A stretch of 63,915 bases of DNA, filler included, from Choristocarpus tenellus KU-1152 (Eukaryota > Protista > Phaeophyceae): NCBI GenBank assembly GCA_964200185.2. It is 12 parts of 12 records of this genome, joined end to end, with 100 filler letters (N's around TTAATTAATTAA, not from the genome) between each part and the next. Parts side by side here need not be neighbours in the genome. Positions count along the whole stretch, not along the records: positions 1 to 7,240 come from CAXNAD020006480.1; positions 7,341 to 10,709 come from CAXNAD020020492.1; positions 10,810 to 15,814 come from CAXNAD020012199.1; 9 more parts are not named here. One strand, given 5' to 3'. Both the position numbers and the translations under genes were made by a program. The first letter of the stretch is position 1. The number at the start of each line of letters is the position of its first letter. Positions 1-12,400 of the stretch are shown one piece after another. The notes under the pieces are model-generated. The model was given only the letters and a program-made list of their open reading frames with translations, searched no databases and had not been told where the DNA came from.

Positions 1-227
1 CCCGCCACTACCCCACCCCCCAGAAAATCTGCTACAATACGCTCCAGAAGCTTACCTCCATAGGATACATAGCTCCAATCCATAGACCTATAAACGATAC
101 TAATGTTCGTACAAGCCTCCTAGGATACTCCAACAGTCAAGGGAGTCCAACAAACGTCTGGTTAGCTGAACAAGGGTACTTCTTTCGATTGATAGCCACT
201 GCTTGGTGTCAGTTAATGTATTGTTTA

Positions 228-488
228 GACCCAAAGTATCTTAGAGGGTAGGGCCGCGTCCATTTGGGGGCCAAAATTCAATGTTGTGATTTTGATGTAA
301 TTTTGGCTATCATGTTTGTTAGGAAGTGCAAGTATCATTCTTCCGGACACACCTTTTCCTAATGCATACATTTGGCCTACTCCGAAACATTTTGGAGTAG
401 AAAAATGTCATTTAAAAAAAAATATGGGAAGCCAAGCCCCAAATGAGCAAACAGCGGAAAACTCGTACCATCCAAGATACTTTCACTC
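228..488. mobile_element. MITE family A (~260 bp), TSD TTTA
   Basis: TIRs GACCCAAAGTATCTTAGAGGGTA ... TACCATCCAAGATACTTTCACTC, flanked by ttta/ttta. Confidence 0.9.
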
Positions 489-539
489 TTTATCAATTTT
501 CCAGAAGTGAACCACGTGGTTGATGAGACACCTTTTTAT

Positions 540-800
540 TAATATCCTCCACCGTTTCCTATAATCTAGAAGTTAAAAGGCATCTGCAAACTGTTGTATG
601 CATACTCAAATTACAAATCTTATTCTTCAACTTCAGGCAAATCGGTGTTCCTTTCTGTAAGGTTCCCTACGTATTATAGATCTTACTCTGTATCTTCTAG
701 CAAATCAGAGTTCCTCTCTGTAAGAATCCCTACATGCGTATTCTGCTCGCACTTGTTAGATCGTAGGAAAAAATACTCGTCCTATTCACCTGTAATAAAT
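540..800 (+). repeat. Dispersed LTR/5'-UTR-like repeat, homologous to 12050-12400 (-), ~12650-12830 (-) and ~41560-41750 (+)
   Basis: Shared motifs ...TCTTACTCTGTATCTTCTA.. and CTCGCACTTGTTAGA...CTATTCACCTGTAA. Confidence 0.55.
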
Positions 801-2317
801 CTGGGCCACCTAACCGCAAATTTATGTCTGCCATGGTGCGTTCATACCCCAAGTGTGGATTCTGGCCTTGACCAAGTCCACATGGAGATCCTGGAGCGGG
901 TAAACATCACCATGGTTAAGAAGGCCCCTGGCAGCCTTTGCACCACCCATACGATCACCCTCAGGAGCACAGTAGATCTCCTCATGCATGAAGCAACCGC
1001 CCCAAGGCTAGAGGGGAGGAGGACCCTGATAACATATAGGGATGCCTTGTGGGACGTACCTCTGCAAGCAAAATGGCCACTCATGATACTACAGTACACA
1101 GTATAGACATTGCATCACAACAGAAATGCGAGCAAAATTTCAAAAAAATCAATCATGATCCTCATCAGCAGTGCAGAAAGACAATTCAATCACGATCACA
1201 ATCAACCTAAATTCAGACTTTCAGTCTACGTGCTGACACACCTCGACGTGTTTGGGTGCTTTCTCCATTATGGTTGTTGCCTCCTTCAAATTATAGAGGG
1301 TGCTGTGATGGATTCCAAACTTTTGAGCAACCGCAATTCCCATCATGGTCTTCAGGAGTCATAACGCTCCCACCTTCTCTGCAAAGCTCAAACGTTAACA
1401 ATTGTTGGCACTGCAAGGCTTGTTGTAGGGAGAGACTTTCTCCGTAGATATATTTAGCAGCACCTTCCCCTAGCCCTCGTTCTTGTTATCGTGGCACTTT
1501 GACGCCATGTTGTCATCAGGTAGAGGACCCAAAGCCTTATGCTTGGTGGGGCTCATGCACAATTTCCACACCCGTTTCATTTCGCTGGAGTCAAAATGAA
1601 TCCACGACGTCGCAAATGCCATGAAGATAGTCGCTACAAGCGCGACACTTATGGCATATATAGTGTATAGTGTGGCGGACCATAAGTATTAATTACTCGT
1701 TATGTTGCATCTGGATCCCGCTGCGCAGGTTGTCGTTATATCTGTAGAATGTAGTTGTCTAAACTTGATGTGATATAGTGTATGTACTGTACTGTAAAGT
1801 ACTGAGAGGCAAGAGACTGCTATGGTTTGTACTGCTGGTCTCGAGCAGATTTGTACCTTTGTTTTATTTTGCTTAACTTTAGACGTGGCTTTTTGAGAAA
1901 CCCCTCCATCAAGTAGTGGTGAAAAAAAGTGCGAGTTTGCTCGATATAAGAGAGAATTGGCAGGAAAACACCAAAACCTTTCTTATAGCCTGAAAGGTCG
2001 TGACAAGACAACTCATCCTCTCTTATATCCCGTTTTCTCTTATATCACATTCTTGTCGTGTGCCAACCAGAATTCTCCCGCCCACAAAACTCAGTTTACT
2101 TCATAAACTCTCACTTTCATACGTCATATCTGTTTCCATACGTATTTTACACTTTAAGAGGTATACCTAATACGGGGAAGGTAAGCCAACAAAATTACAA
2201 CACAATATTTTGAAAAATTATTTTGAATCCATTTTGAGACATGCACAGTAAGGGTAGAGGTTCCTTGACCAACTGGCAGCGTGCACCTTTGGTAAACCAG
2301 CAATCCCACCCGAGTGC

Positions 2318-5300
2318 ATGTTGTCAATGGAATCCATCAACGAGGAAGACGTGGATCTTCTGGATTTTCTGTCTCCCACAGATGGATTGCAAGAAAGCAG
2401 GGATGAGAAGCTTAAGGAGGTTAAGGTCAACCAAGGGTCTACTCCACCCAAGCCCAGGGTAGAGGTTTCTACGGTTGATCAAGCTCGTCCCAAAAAAAAG
2501 TCTCAATATGATCGCACTAATCTCGAGGGAGATGGATTCTTTGAGACATACTCTGGTCTAAGGGTGAGGAATCGTCTTCTATCTAGTGAAGAGATGAGGC
2601 TCCGCATGCGTGGACGGAAGTCGTATAAGTTGGGCGACCTCAAGCGGGTCCCACTCCCCTCCCTGAAGAGCGAGGAGCCCTCGCAAGCTTGGGCGACGTT
2701 TGGTGTCCTGGTCGGGAAGTCTCCTCGTAGGCAAGGATCTAACGGTGGGACCTACGTGATATGGACACTGAGCGACTTGTCCAGACGAGAGAATGACTTG
2801 TCGTTGTTCCTATTTCAAGACGCCCTGTCTTCTCATTGGACTATTTGTGAAGGGATGATCCTTGTCATCTTTAACGCCAAGCCCCTCCCAGCTAGGGACA
2901 ACGACTCCAAGCGTGGTATGGCAATGTCGGTGGATATGCCATGGCAGGCAAGTCCTGTTTCGGACTGTGATTCTCCTTTGGGAGCCAGGTTTTGTCTCCC
3001 TGGAAGCTGTTGGGGTTCGGCATCCTCCAAAAGAGGGTATCATTGTGACTCTGTGTAGAGTAGGGTTGTGGATACCCCAAGTTTCATACTATTCACCCCC
3101 TTTGCAAACCCTCACCTGTGCATATCCTGATCTCAGAACCTTTTTATTGCACGGGCCCTACTTTTTATTACATGAGACACTTCACCAGAGCCGATTTTCA
3201 TCTAAATCCCGACGGCGAAGGAAAAAAAATTAGTGCTTGAACTAGGTTGGGTGATCTGTCTGTTGGTGGGACGGGATGTGGACTGTATAGTAACAAGCCT
3301 CGTACTGTCCTGTTGCCCGACAACCATCAATTGTTTTTGTTGGCGGGAAAGCACCGATTTCTCCGTTATTCATAATGTCCCCAGAACGAACTCCCCTTCC
3401 CCTATCTCAAACGCTGAAAAGAAGATAATACTTCTGAAACTTCCAGTCCATTAAAAATGTACATATCCCCCTTGCACTTACCATCTTTGTTGGTATTATT
3501 TGCCAGGTGAATAAGGTCGGAATGGCTATGGACTACGCACTTTGCAAGGGGACCCGAAAGGATGGCAAGCGTTGCACCATGCCTGTCAGCACTAAGGAAG
3601 GGGGATACTGCGAATTTCATGTTGTTGGTGCGCTTAGACGCGCCCAACGAAAACAAAGTCAGGGCCAAAGCCAACGAAGCAGCGTCCATCACAGTGCTGG
3701 AGCAGGGCACCCTTCAACTCGCACGTTTAATTTGGGCCTCAGAGGTGAATGCAAACGGTACCTTGCTCAGCTCTCCTTAAGCTGTTTATTTTCACACTAG
3801 ATACAGCCTATAACCCTAACCCTGAGCCAAAAAAATACGTTCGCCCTGAAACTTTCCCTCTCTCAAATGCAGCGGTAGGTAAACCTACTGCTTCAATGAC
3901 GAGGGCACCCATAACGACTGTCTTGAGAGCTGGCCCACATTCGGCAACTGGCGGTGGAAACCCCTCAAGAAGTCTATCTGGCATTCTCGATGCCAGCAAA
4001 GATCGTCTTGACCTTGCCGGAAACACCAGGTTCTTCGGGGTTGGAATAGCAGGAGCCACAGCGAAAATGAAATCATTGCAGGGTGACCCAAAGATGCACA
4101 CAGCACAGGTCACACCACAACAGCACAGTCAGCAAGGTCAAATGACTATCGTTCAGGGGGGTGTCAGAGGCCACGATGGTTCTCGTCCTCTTGTCCAGAG
4201 CTCAACCCGCTCGAGCAGAGTTAGTCCCCCTCCTGGTGTTGCCTCCACTTCTTCTCCAGTAGGAGCTCAGGTGGGGTGTGGCAAAGTTGGAAAAGATAGG
4301 GGTGTGCCTTCAGATGGAGATGTGCTTGGCTTGGAGTGGGCCTATGGTGTGGGTGGGGGAAGCAGTGGTAGCAGTGGAGGTCAGCGTAAGCCTGTCTCGT
4401 TGAGAAGGGTGACTAAATTGTCGCAGCCAGTGAAGCATGGTGGAGGTGGATGGGCGGTACAGGGGAATACTTCAAGAACTGAAGGCTTTCAAAGAGAGGG
4501 TTTCGTCAAGCTAGGAGGTGTGACAGTAAATTCGGAGGGTCGGCGAGGGAGTGCTGCCACCGTGGCCGATCAAGGACATATGGATGGGTCTGTCCCTGTG
4601 CCAAAGGAATCAACTGTTTTTCTGAAAATGGCGAAGAGAGTAGGTACTCAAGGAGTGGGGGAGGGCGGGATTGTTGATGGCAGTGGTGATCTGGACTTCA
4701 AGGAGAGGATCCAAGAGGTGGAGGTGAGTTTGAGGGAGTTGGTATACAGAGGAGGTTTTCGTTTTTGCTATGAAGAGTTGGACCTCTTGTTGGGTGTTGG
4801 TCAGAGCCTGGGCATCATGGTGGGAGAGGGAGGACCAAATTCCGTGTTTTTCCAATCAACGTCACACTCACACTCACAGGACAAAATAATGCTCAACACT
4901 AGCATTACCCAATCTCCCAAACGTTCAACCATGTTGAGCCTGTAATACCCGTTATCCAGGTCAAGCTTTAGGAACGAGTTGCTCCATGATGTCTGTTGCC
5001 CATAGGGTCAGGGTTATGGCTAGGGTTAGGGTTGCCCTAAACCCACATTCCATCTGCTCTACAATGTCTGTTGTCCAGCGCTTTGTTTGCACTTTCTGCT
5101 TGTTGTCAGGGCAAGGTTTGATGCTATCTGCTCTACATCACCCACCTATAACACTTGTTCCAATACGACACTCAAACACTCAACCACGTTTGCCCTTCCT
5201 ATAACACTTGTTCCAATACGACACTCACGACAGTCTTGCCGTTTATATATATATATATATATTTCCAGTTTAGTTTTGGTCTTCTCAAAGAGATTAATAA

Positions 5301-6878
5301 AAAAAAGTAGCACAATAAAAAAAGAAAAGAAAACATGCTTCATAGAAGACCTTTTTATTGTGTGTGCGTGTGTGTCTGTATGTGTGTCGGCCACAGCACT
5401 CAATCATTACGTCCGCTCTTACCAAGTAAACGCTCTGGACTCGTTTTGCCCACAGCAACACCCATTTTTTTTTAAATGAACGGTTGAGCCCAGTTGGTAG
5501 TTGGTTCACAAGTGCCCATTGTCCGTAAACTGCTCTGTAGTGCACAGCACGAAAAAGTTTTTTTTTATGTTGGCCTAATGCTAGGGGTCGGTTACGTTTT
5601 GCTCCAGGGTGAGATCAGTCTCTTTCAATTTCAACTTACTGTGTTTGGGATGAGGGGTAGGTTTGAACCAGGCGATATGAAATGCTCGGGTTTTATTTGT
5701 AGGGGGAAATGACATACATGCACAGTATACTCATGCATGTATGCACGCACACACACACATTAGTTGTACACACACACACACACACAAATGCACGGATGTT
5801 TGCTTGAGCATAACGCCGCTTGGAGGCATTGAACTCCTCCTGTGCAGAAGTACAGAAGAGTTAAGAGTGACTATGCTCGGGGGCAAATGATTAGATGGTG
5901 GAGGGTCACAGTGTTTGGCCTGCCGTTGGGACCAAACATGGTTAAGGTTTGGGTTGTCAGAAATTGAGACGTGACTGTCTGCCCTGGTGGAGCAGTGGTA
6001 TCTCAGTATCTGACGAGAGAGTGGTATCTCAGACTTGGGCTTTGGTTTTCGGCCGCTTGAGTTCTAAACGTGATCAGAAGGAGTAGTTGCTGCCACTCTG
6101 AGTGTAATCGTTAGCTGTTGATAGGGTAGTACTCAACAGACAGTTGAGGAGGTGTTCTATATGGTCGACGGCGAGGTAGGGAAGAAACAGTAGTTGAGGA
6201 AGTGAGCAGGGGAGATCTGTTGGCGAAGTGGATACTGTCCTGTTTGTTCGGTGTGTGGCAGGTGAGGGGTATCGCGTCGGTCTCGGAAAATGTTTTGCCT
6301 TCAGTGACTAGCGAGTCAAAGCATCTTAGGGTAGAGCCGCGTCTGTTCGGGGGCCGAAATCCAATGTTGTGATTTTAATGTAATAATTTGGGGTATTTTG
6401 TTTTTTAGGAAGTGTCAGTATCCTTGTTCCGGACACGCCTTTTCATAAACGTATACATTTTACCTACTCCGAAACATTTTGGAGTGTTTTGGAGTAGGTA
6501 GGTAAAATGCCATTAAGAAAGAAATCTGTGGGAAGCCAAGCCCCAAACGGACAGAGCAAAAGTTGTTCCCTAACCCTAAGATACTACTTTCACTTGACCA
6601 TTACCCCCAAATCCCTCAAATTGCAGGCGGAGATGGGTCAGAGACGTCTCAAGGAGCTGGCTGAAAGTAGGGGGGTAGAGCTCAGGGCGTGGGATCCCAG
6701 CAAGTCGGTTGGGATGTCTTCTTCTCCTACTCCTGTCCGAGCAGGGATGGGAAGGGGAAGGAAACGCCTTTCCAATGGACGGGAAAGCAGCAATAACCCC
6801 ATGCTCAGAGGAGGCCATGGTAGTGCCGGTACCAGGATGGGAGACCCATTGAGCAAGAAGATCAAGGTATGCCGATGA
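2318..6878 (+). CDS. MCM10: MCM10 DNA replication factor; exons ~2318-2947, 3507-3744, 3801-4723, 6627-6866/6878 (3' end uncertain)
   Basis: Exon 1 has OB-fold motifs ETYSGLRVRNRLLS and WATFGVLVGKS...YVIWTLSDL...LFLF. It splices in phase 0 (GC donor 2948, AG 3505-3506) to VNKVGMAMDYALCKGTRKDGKRCTMPVSTKEGGYCEFHV, the CCCH zinc finger typical of MCM10. Later exons join in frame through GT/AG sites at 3745/3800 and 4724/6626. Confidence 0.88.
6313..6593. mobile_element. MITE family A in MCM10 intron 3
   Basis: Family A body with degenerate TIRs; ends about 30 nt before the acceptor at 6626. Confidence 0.85.
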
Positions 6879-7240
6879 TGATCGATTGATGATGCAAAAC
6901 GTAGTGATGAGAACGCGTTAGTTTCAAACGTGATTCATACCGAATATAGGATTCAAAGAGGCTCATTAAATCATGCTCGTACAAAATAGGTGGAATTCAA
7001 TCCTGCCAGCGGACTGATCAAGAACTCAGTTGGATGGATGTGTTGGATGATATTGATGGTATTGGATGCCGTGAGGAGGAGCGCTTGGACGTTTGCTTCT
7101 TATTTTTTTAAAGAGCAAATTGAATGTTGTTCCACCATGTGTTCTCACCATTATACTACGACAACCTCCATCACCCCCCCCCCCCCCCCCCCCCCCCCCG
7201 CCACCCACCACCGCACTTCAACCCCGCCCACCACACACTC

Positions 7241-7340
7241 NNNNNNNNNNNNNNNNNNNNNNNNNNNNNNNNNNNNNNNNNNNNTTAATTAATTAANNNN
7301 NNNNNNNNNNNNNNNNNNNNNNNNNNNNNNNNNNNNNNNN
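7241..7340. other. Assembly spacer N44-TTAATTAATTAA-N44 (also ~10710, 15815, 19613, 22626, 30130, 39243, 42740, 53694, 57980, 61253)
   Basis: Identical 100-nt spacer with a six-frame stop linker. Confidence 0.98.
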
Positions 7341-7642
7341 ACCAGTGCAGTGCACCAATCAACAGTCAGTACAAGCTGGTAGTATGTGTATCATATCAAC
7401 AAGAAACAAATGAGTAGCCTATGTTTTAACATCATATCCCTAGTTTTGCTTTGACTTCCTATCCCTATAGATTCCGGGGAAATAGAATCAGTAGGGCATC
7501 TCTATATTCTCTCATTTCTCACTCTCCCTCCTCCTGTGGTTCTATGTTATCCTTCAGGAATTCATGGGAGGAAAACAGAGATTTCTGGCAGGGCGCAGCA
7601 GCACTTGTTTTGATCACCAATAAGAGCCGAAAAATCAATGAC

Positions 7643-7900
7643 GAGCGAAACTATCTTGGAGGGTAGAGCTGCGTCCATTTGAGGACCAAAATCCAATGTT
7701 GCGATTTTGATGTAATTTTGGCGATCATGTTTGTTAGGGATGTCAATATCCTTGTTCCGGACACATTCTTTCATAATGTATACATTTTACCTACTCCGAA
7801 ACATTGTGGAGTAGGTAAAATGTCATTAAAAACCCGTGGGAAGTCAAGCCGCAAATGAACAAACAAGGCAAAACTCGTACCCTCTTAAATACTTTCACTC
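7643..7900. mobile_element. MITE family A, TSD TGAC
   Basis: GAGCGAAACTATCTTGGAGGGTA ... TACCCTCTTAAATACTTTCACTC, flanked by tgac/tgac. Confidence 0.9.
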
Positions 7901-8172
7901 TGACCTCAGTTACAACAGAATATATACATCGGTGCTTTGCAGCACAATCACACCTATCCATAATATAGACTACGCATATCACCCATCAGTGCTTTGCAAC
8001 ACCATGATTCCTCATCGCTTGTGGTATACGCATACATGTACGATGCATTCGACTCAAGTTTCAACGCGTTATGAGCCTCAACACTTGATCGACACATACA
8101 ACAAAACATTCACCCGAGCTTCTCTTATACTACCACCAACTTCACCACACTAGAAAAATCTAATGTACCGCC

Positions 8173-9650
8173 ATGGAACGTAAGCTAACATCACCTATTT
8201 CCCCTGGCGATGACTCCCCCGGAAATGCATTCGAACTGTGCTTCCTGAGCATCTGGAGCTGTGTGGCCCCTTCGGGCCCAGCGAGTTTTGATCTCGCTAT
8301 TAGTCTTTTCACCACTATCACTCCACCTACCATCCCATACGAAGAAGCCGAGGACCAGCTGTTGCCAGCTACCATGGATCTGCACAAGACCTTCATGGAG
8401 TCCAGCAGCGGGGCGAACCTCACATCAACAACAGTCTGGCAGCATTGGAACACCCTGAAGTCCACGTACGAAGCTGCAATGGAACAACGGATGAGTGATG
8501 ATCGTCACTGCTCTGAGCACTGTACGATGGAAACTGGCAAGGATCCCGACCAGTGTCTCATGCGCCTCTGCAAGGCTAAAAGCTGAGTTGGGGACCCCTC
8601 AACCTTACTCCTACTCTTCGAGCTCTCCACTGCAGCTACTTTCACCAACCTGGACACCCCCTGTGCCAATTTCCAAAGCGTCCTCTTGTCCCTACCTGAC
8701 CACCACCCAATGCCCCCACCCCACCACCATTCCACGCCCCTGCCACACTCCCTGACGCCTGGTGTTCCTCCCACATCACACCCCACTTCTCACTGACACA
8801 GCATGCCGAGCGAGCACCACATCAACAACGCCACCGCCTGCCCATCATTCACCCACCACCTCCCCTCTCACCTACCACCAATCATGACCAAGCACACACC
8901 CACAGTACAAGACACGCCCACAACTGACCTCACCACAATCATACCTCACCCTAGCTGCACAGCTCCTCCCCTGGCTAATCCCTCCTGTCAAATACACCAC
9001 CCACCCCCTCTTGTCACACCCTTTTACCCCTGCCCAGCCCATCACGCCCTCGGCATGGGGAACCTCCATCTCCCTACACATTGGCAAGCCACCTTCACTG
9101 GACTGTCGCAGCAACACTCATCATCACCTATCTCATTGTCCTTCATTGTCCTGGTGGTACCTGGTTCGAGCCGTCACTTGTGTTCTCCATCTGTGCTATG
9201 GCGACTACGGACTGGACTACAGTGACTATCCACACCCACATCTACTGAATTACAATGGCCAGTCTCGGATTTCGGAGCTTGGACGCCTTGTACTCCATGG
9301 ACTTCTCCCCGTGTCCCCCCAACCCGCCACCAATCCGCAACCAATCTCGCCCACAACATTCCCACACCTGTCCTTCCGTTTTACCTACCCACTCCACCGA
9401 CCAAATGACACCCTAAACCCACCTTCCCTCCCAGTATCATCTACGCCCACCCCTGCCCCACTCACCTCTCCGATTGACCCTATGCCCCCACCAATCACAC
9501 CTGTCCCTACACAATTCACCAAACTGTCCTTACCCTACATACCACTTACCACCTCCAACAAACTCCTCACCTATGCATTCCTTTTACTTTGCCCACATGG
9601 CCGTCACATACCCAGCCCTAACCACCTTACTTTCCGGGAGCCGCGCTCAT
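8173..9650 (+). mobile_element. Ty1/copia retrotransposon relic (gag, protease region)
   Basis: Gag-like WQHWNTLKSTYE...METGKDPDQCLMRL; protease-region ALGMGNLHL...VLVVPGSSRHLCS (copia G.G.V...VLYVP...NL.S); many stops and frameshifts. Confidence 0.65.
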
Positions 9651-9799
9651 GTCCACACCATGTTACCACCACATCGACCACGTGCTCACAAGCCACTACT
9701 CCACACATCACTTGCACTAGACACACCCATACACACCATGACTTACCCAAGACCCCCCCACCACACAATCGACATCACTTGCCCAAGACCTACCACCCC

Positions 9800-9908
9800 C
9801 ACTCCGAAACATTCTGGAGTAGTAAAATGTCATTAAAAAATCCATTGGGAGTCAAGACTGAAATGGACAAAGAGGGAAAACCCCGTACCCTCCAAGATAC
9901 TTTCACTC
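9800..9908. mobile_element. MITE family A, truncated right half
   Basis: CTCCGAAACATTCTGGAGTAG...TACCCTCCAAGATACTTTCACTC. Confidence 0.75.
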
Positions 9909-10128
9909 ATACTTTCACTCACACACATCATCACCTGCCCAAGACCCCCCCCACCACACATATCACTTCACTTGCCCAAGACCCTCTACGCATACACCAC
10001 TGAACCTGCTCAAGACCCTCACCATAGAACTCGCTCAAGACTACCCCCAACACATCACAGAACCCGCTCAAGACCCAACCCCCACACATCATAGAAATTT
10101 CTCAAGACTTCGCCTACGACATCACAGA

Positions 10129-10588
10129 GAGTGAAATTATCTTAGAGGGTACGAGTCTTGCCCTGTTTGTCCATTTGGGGCTAGGCTTCCCAAGGGTTTT
10201 TTATTACATTTTCCTACTTCAAAAAGACACTTCCTAACAAATGAGTGAAAGTATCTTAGAGGGTACGAGTTTTCCCTGTTTGTCCATTTGGGGCTTGGCT
10301 TCCCACGGGTTTTTAATGACATTTTACCTACTCAAAAATGTTTCGGAGTAGGTCAAATGTGCATGTTATGAAAAGGTGTGTCCGGAACAAGTATGTTGAC
10401 ATTTCCTAACAAACGTGATAGTTAAAATTTCGTTAAAATTGCAACATTGGATTTTGGCCCCCAATTGGACACGACTCTACCCTCTAAGATACTTTGACTC
10501 AATACGATAGCTAAAGTTACATCAAAATCGCAACATTGGATTTTTATTCCAAATGTGCGCGGCCCTACCCTCAAAGATACTTTGGTTC
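10129..10588. mobile_element. MITE family A (TSD AGA) with a second family A copy nested at 10243-10500 (TSD AAT)
   Basis: Two left TIRs (10129, 10243) and two right TIRs (10500, 10588). The outer sequence resumes exactly after the inner copy. Confidence 0.88.
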
Positions 10589-10809
10589 AGATACTGCCCA
10601 AGACCCACCCCCACACATCACAGAACCTGTTCGAGACCCACCCCCACAAAACACAGAAATTGTTCAAGCCTCCCCCTACCACATCACAGCACCTGCCCAA
10701 GACCCCCCCNNNNNNNNNNNNNNNNNNNNNNNNNNNNNNNNNNNNNNNNNNNNTTAATTAATTAANNNNNNNNNNNNNNNNNNNNNNNNNNNNNNNNNNN
10801 NNNNNNNNN

Positions 10810-12400
10810 ATAGGTGTTTATGAACTGCCATCAAGACATATCGCCTGTAACATCTCTCCTTCAGTGGGATAGTGTATCCTCATATCGGTGGAGCCTATAG
10901 CATAACGCAGTATATGATGCAGTCCCTTCCAGTGCCACCTGCATGGTGATGAAGCAGTACGATCTAGTTCTCTCGCAGAGCTGCTGCTGTCACCAACACT
11001 GTCCTGAATATATAATTCACCGGGCTGACGTGTTGAGGTATTCCACACCCTCTCGTTGAGTAAAGCCCCGTGCCACCAACCTCGCCTCGAACTGTTCAAT
11101 GGTCCCCTTGGCTGTTGACTTTATCTTAAATTCGGACTTAGTCTTGACAGGATTTCTTCCCTGTGGCAATACCTCTCGCTCTATTAATGTTCCCTTCATC
11201 CACTGTCATTCCATCTTCTCCATCACTACTTCCCATTCTCGTGCGCCAGGCCCTGGGAGTGCCTCTGATATAGAAGATGGTTCCTGATGGTCTGGAGTAG
11301 ATAGTACTTACTCCCCAGACTTACCAGTCTTGTGCAGGCAGCCTTTTCCCGATAACCTGCCTCGCCAGGGTGCCTTTGATATAGAAGATGATTCTTGATA
11401 GTCTGGTGTAGGTAGTACTTACTCCCCAGACTTACCAATCTTGTGCAGGCATCCCTTTGCCGAAACCCTGCCTCGCCAGGGTGCCTTTGATATAGAAGAT
11501 GGTTCTGGATGGTCTGGAGTAGGTAGTACTTACTCCCCAGACTTACCGGTCTTGTGCAGGCAGCCCTTGACCAATAACCTTCCCTGTGAAAGTTACCAAG
11601 GTCTGTCATCGTGGAAGCCACCTTGGAAAGAGCAACACCTTACCCTACCAGCGGTTGGTTGCATGGCTCCTTCTCACTCAGGAGTTGGAGACCTAACTCT
11701 AGCCCTCTTATAGGCGAGTGGGGGGTTGTGGAGGTGTGCCATCACAGCAAGCACCTCAGATGTAGCTACTCCTTTCCCCTCTGGTGGAGGCTTAGTTACT
11801 GCTCCTGCTGATATCCTGCTCCCCTTGTGGCAGATACAGCGATTGCTTTTCTCGTTCTGTAAGCAAGAATCTTGGGGTCTCCCATCGATGGGCATGCCCC
11901 CTCAGGGACAAGTGTTGACTGTACTATCTGGAGGGAGAGTAGATCAGGTGTTTGTGGTGTTATTGTGATGTTTTGGGGAGGATGTGTTGACTGGTGGTCC
12001 AGAAAGTAGAAAACGGTTATACTGCCTACTGCTGAGGCTGAGTATGTTGCATTGTACATTAGGTTGTGTGTTACAGGCGAATAGTGCGAGCATTTCTTTC
12101 CATGTGCAAATGTTACAAGCAAATAGCGCGAGCATATCTTTTCATGTTTTAGCAAAAGCGAATATTTCTTACAGGCGAATAGTGCGAGCATTGTTTCTCG
12201 CGTTCTAACAAGCGCGAACAGTATACGAGATTAGTAACACATAGATAGCATCACAGAATAAATTCTGATTTCGTAGAAGATACAGAGTAAGATTCGTATT
12301 GCATACGTAACGTTACAAAAGAAAACGTCAAAGTTCCTAAGAAGTTGCAGAATAAAGGATTACGATTGGAGTACGTATACAGCAGTTGCATAGAAGACCA
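10810..12400 (-). mobile_element. Ty1/copia retrotransposon relic (RT and upstream region, possible LTR-like 5' region ~12050-12400)
   Basis: LPQGRNPVKTKSEFKIKSTAKGTIEQFEARLVARGFTQREGVEY is the copia RT N-terminal signature. Confidence 0.85.
11243..11570. repeat. 120-bp tandem repeat x ~2.7 inside the copia element
   Basis: TGATATAGAAGATG...TAGTACTTACTCCCCAGACTTACC..TCTTGTGCAGGCA recurs at ~11266, 11377 and 11488 (period about 111-120). Confidence 0.85.

Larger units (their letters stand above)
9740..10709. repeat. Degenerate ~33-bp minisatellite (ACATCACAGAACCTGCTCAAGACCC...) interrupted by MITEs
   Basis: CAAGACCC / CACATCAC motifs recur on both sides of the MITE cluster. Confidence 0.7.

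Noticed and set aside
7285-7296. Recurrent TTAATTAATTAA palindrome
   Set aside because: Always centred in N-runs; it is an artificial contig linker.
9011-10003. 330-aa Pro/Thr/His-rich ORF as a real gene
   Set aside because: It runs through decayed copia, minisatellite and MITE sequence; it is open because of C/A-rich composition.
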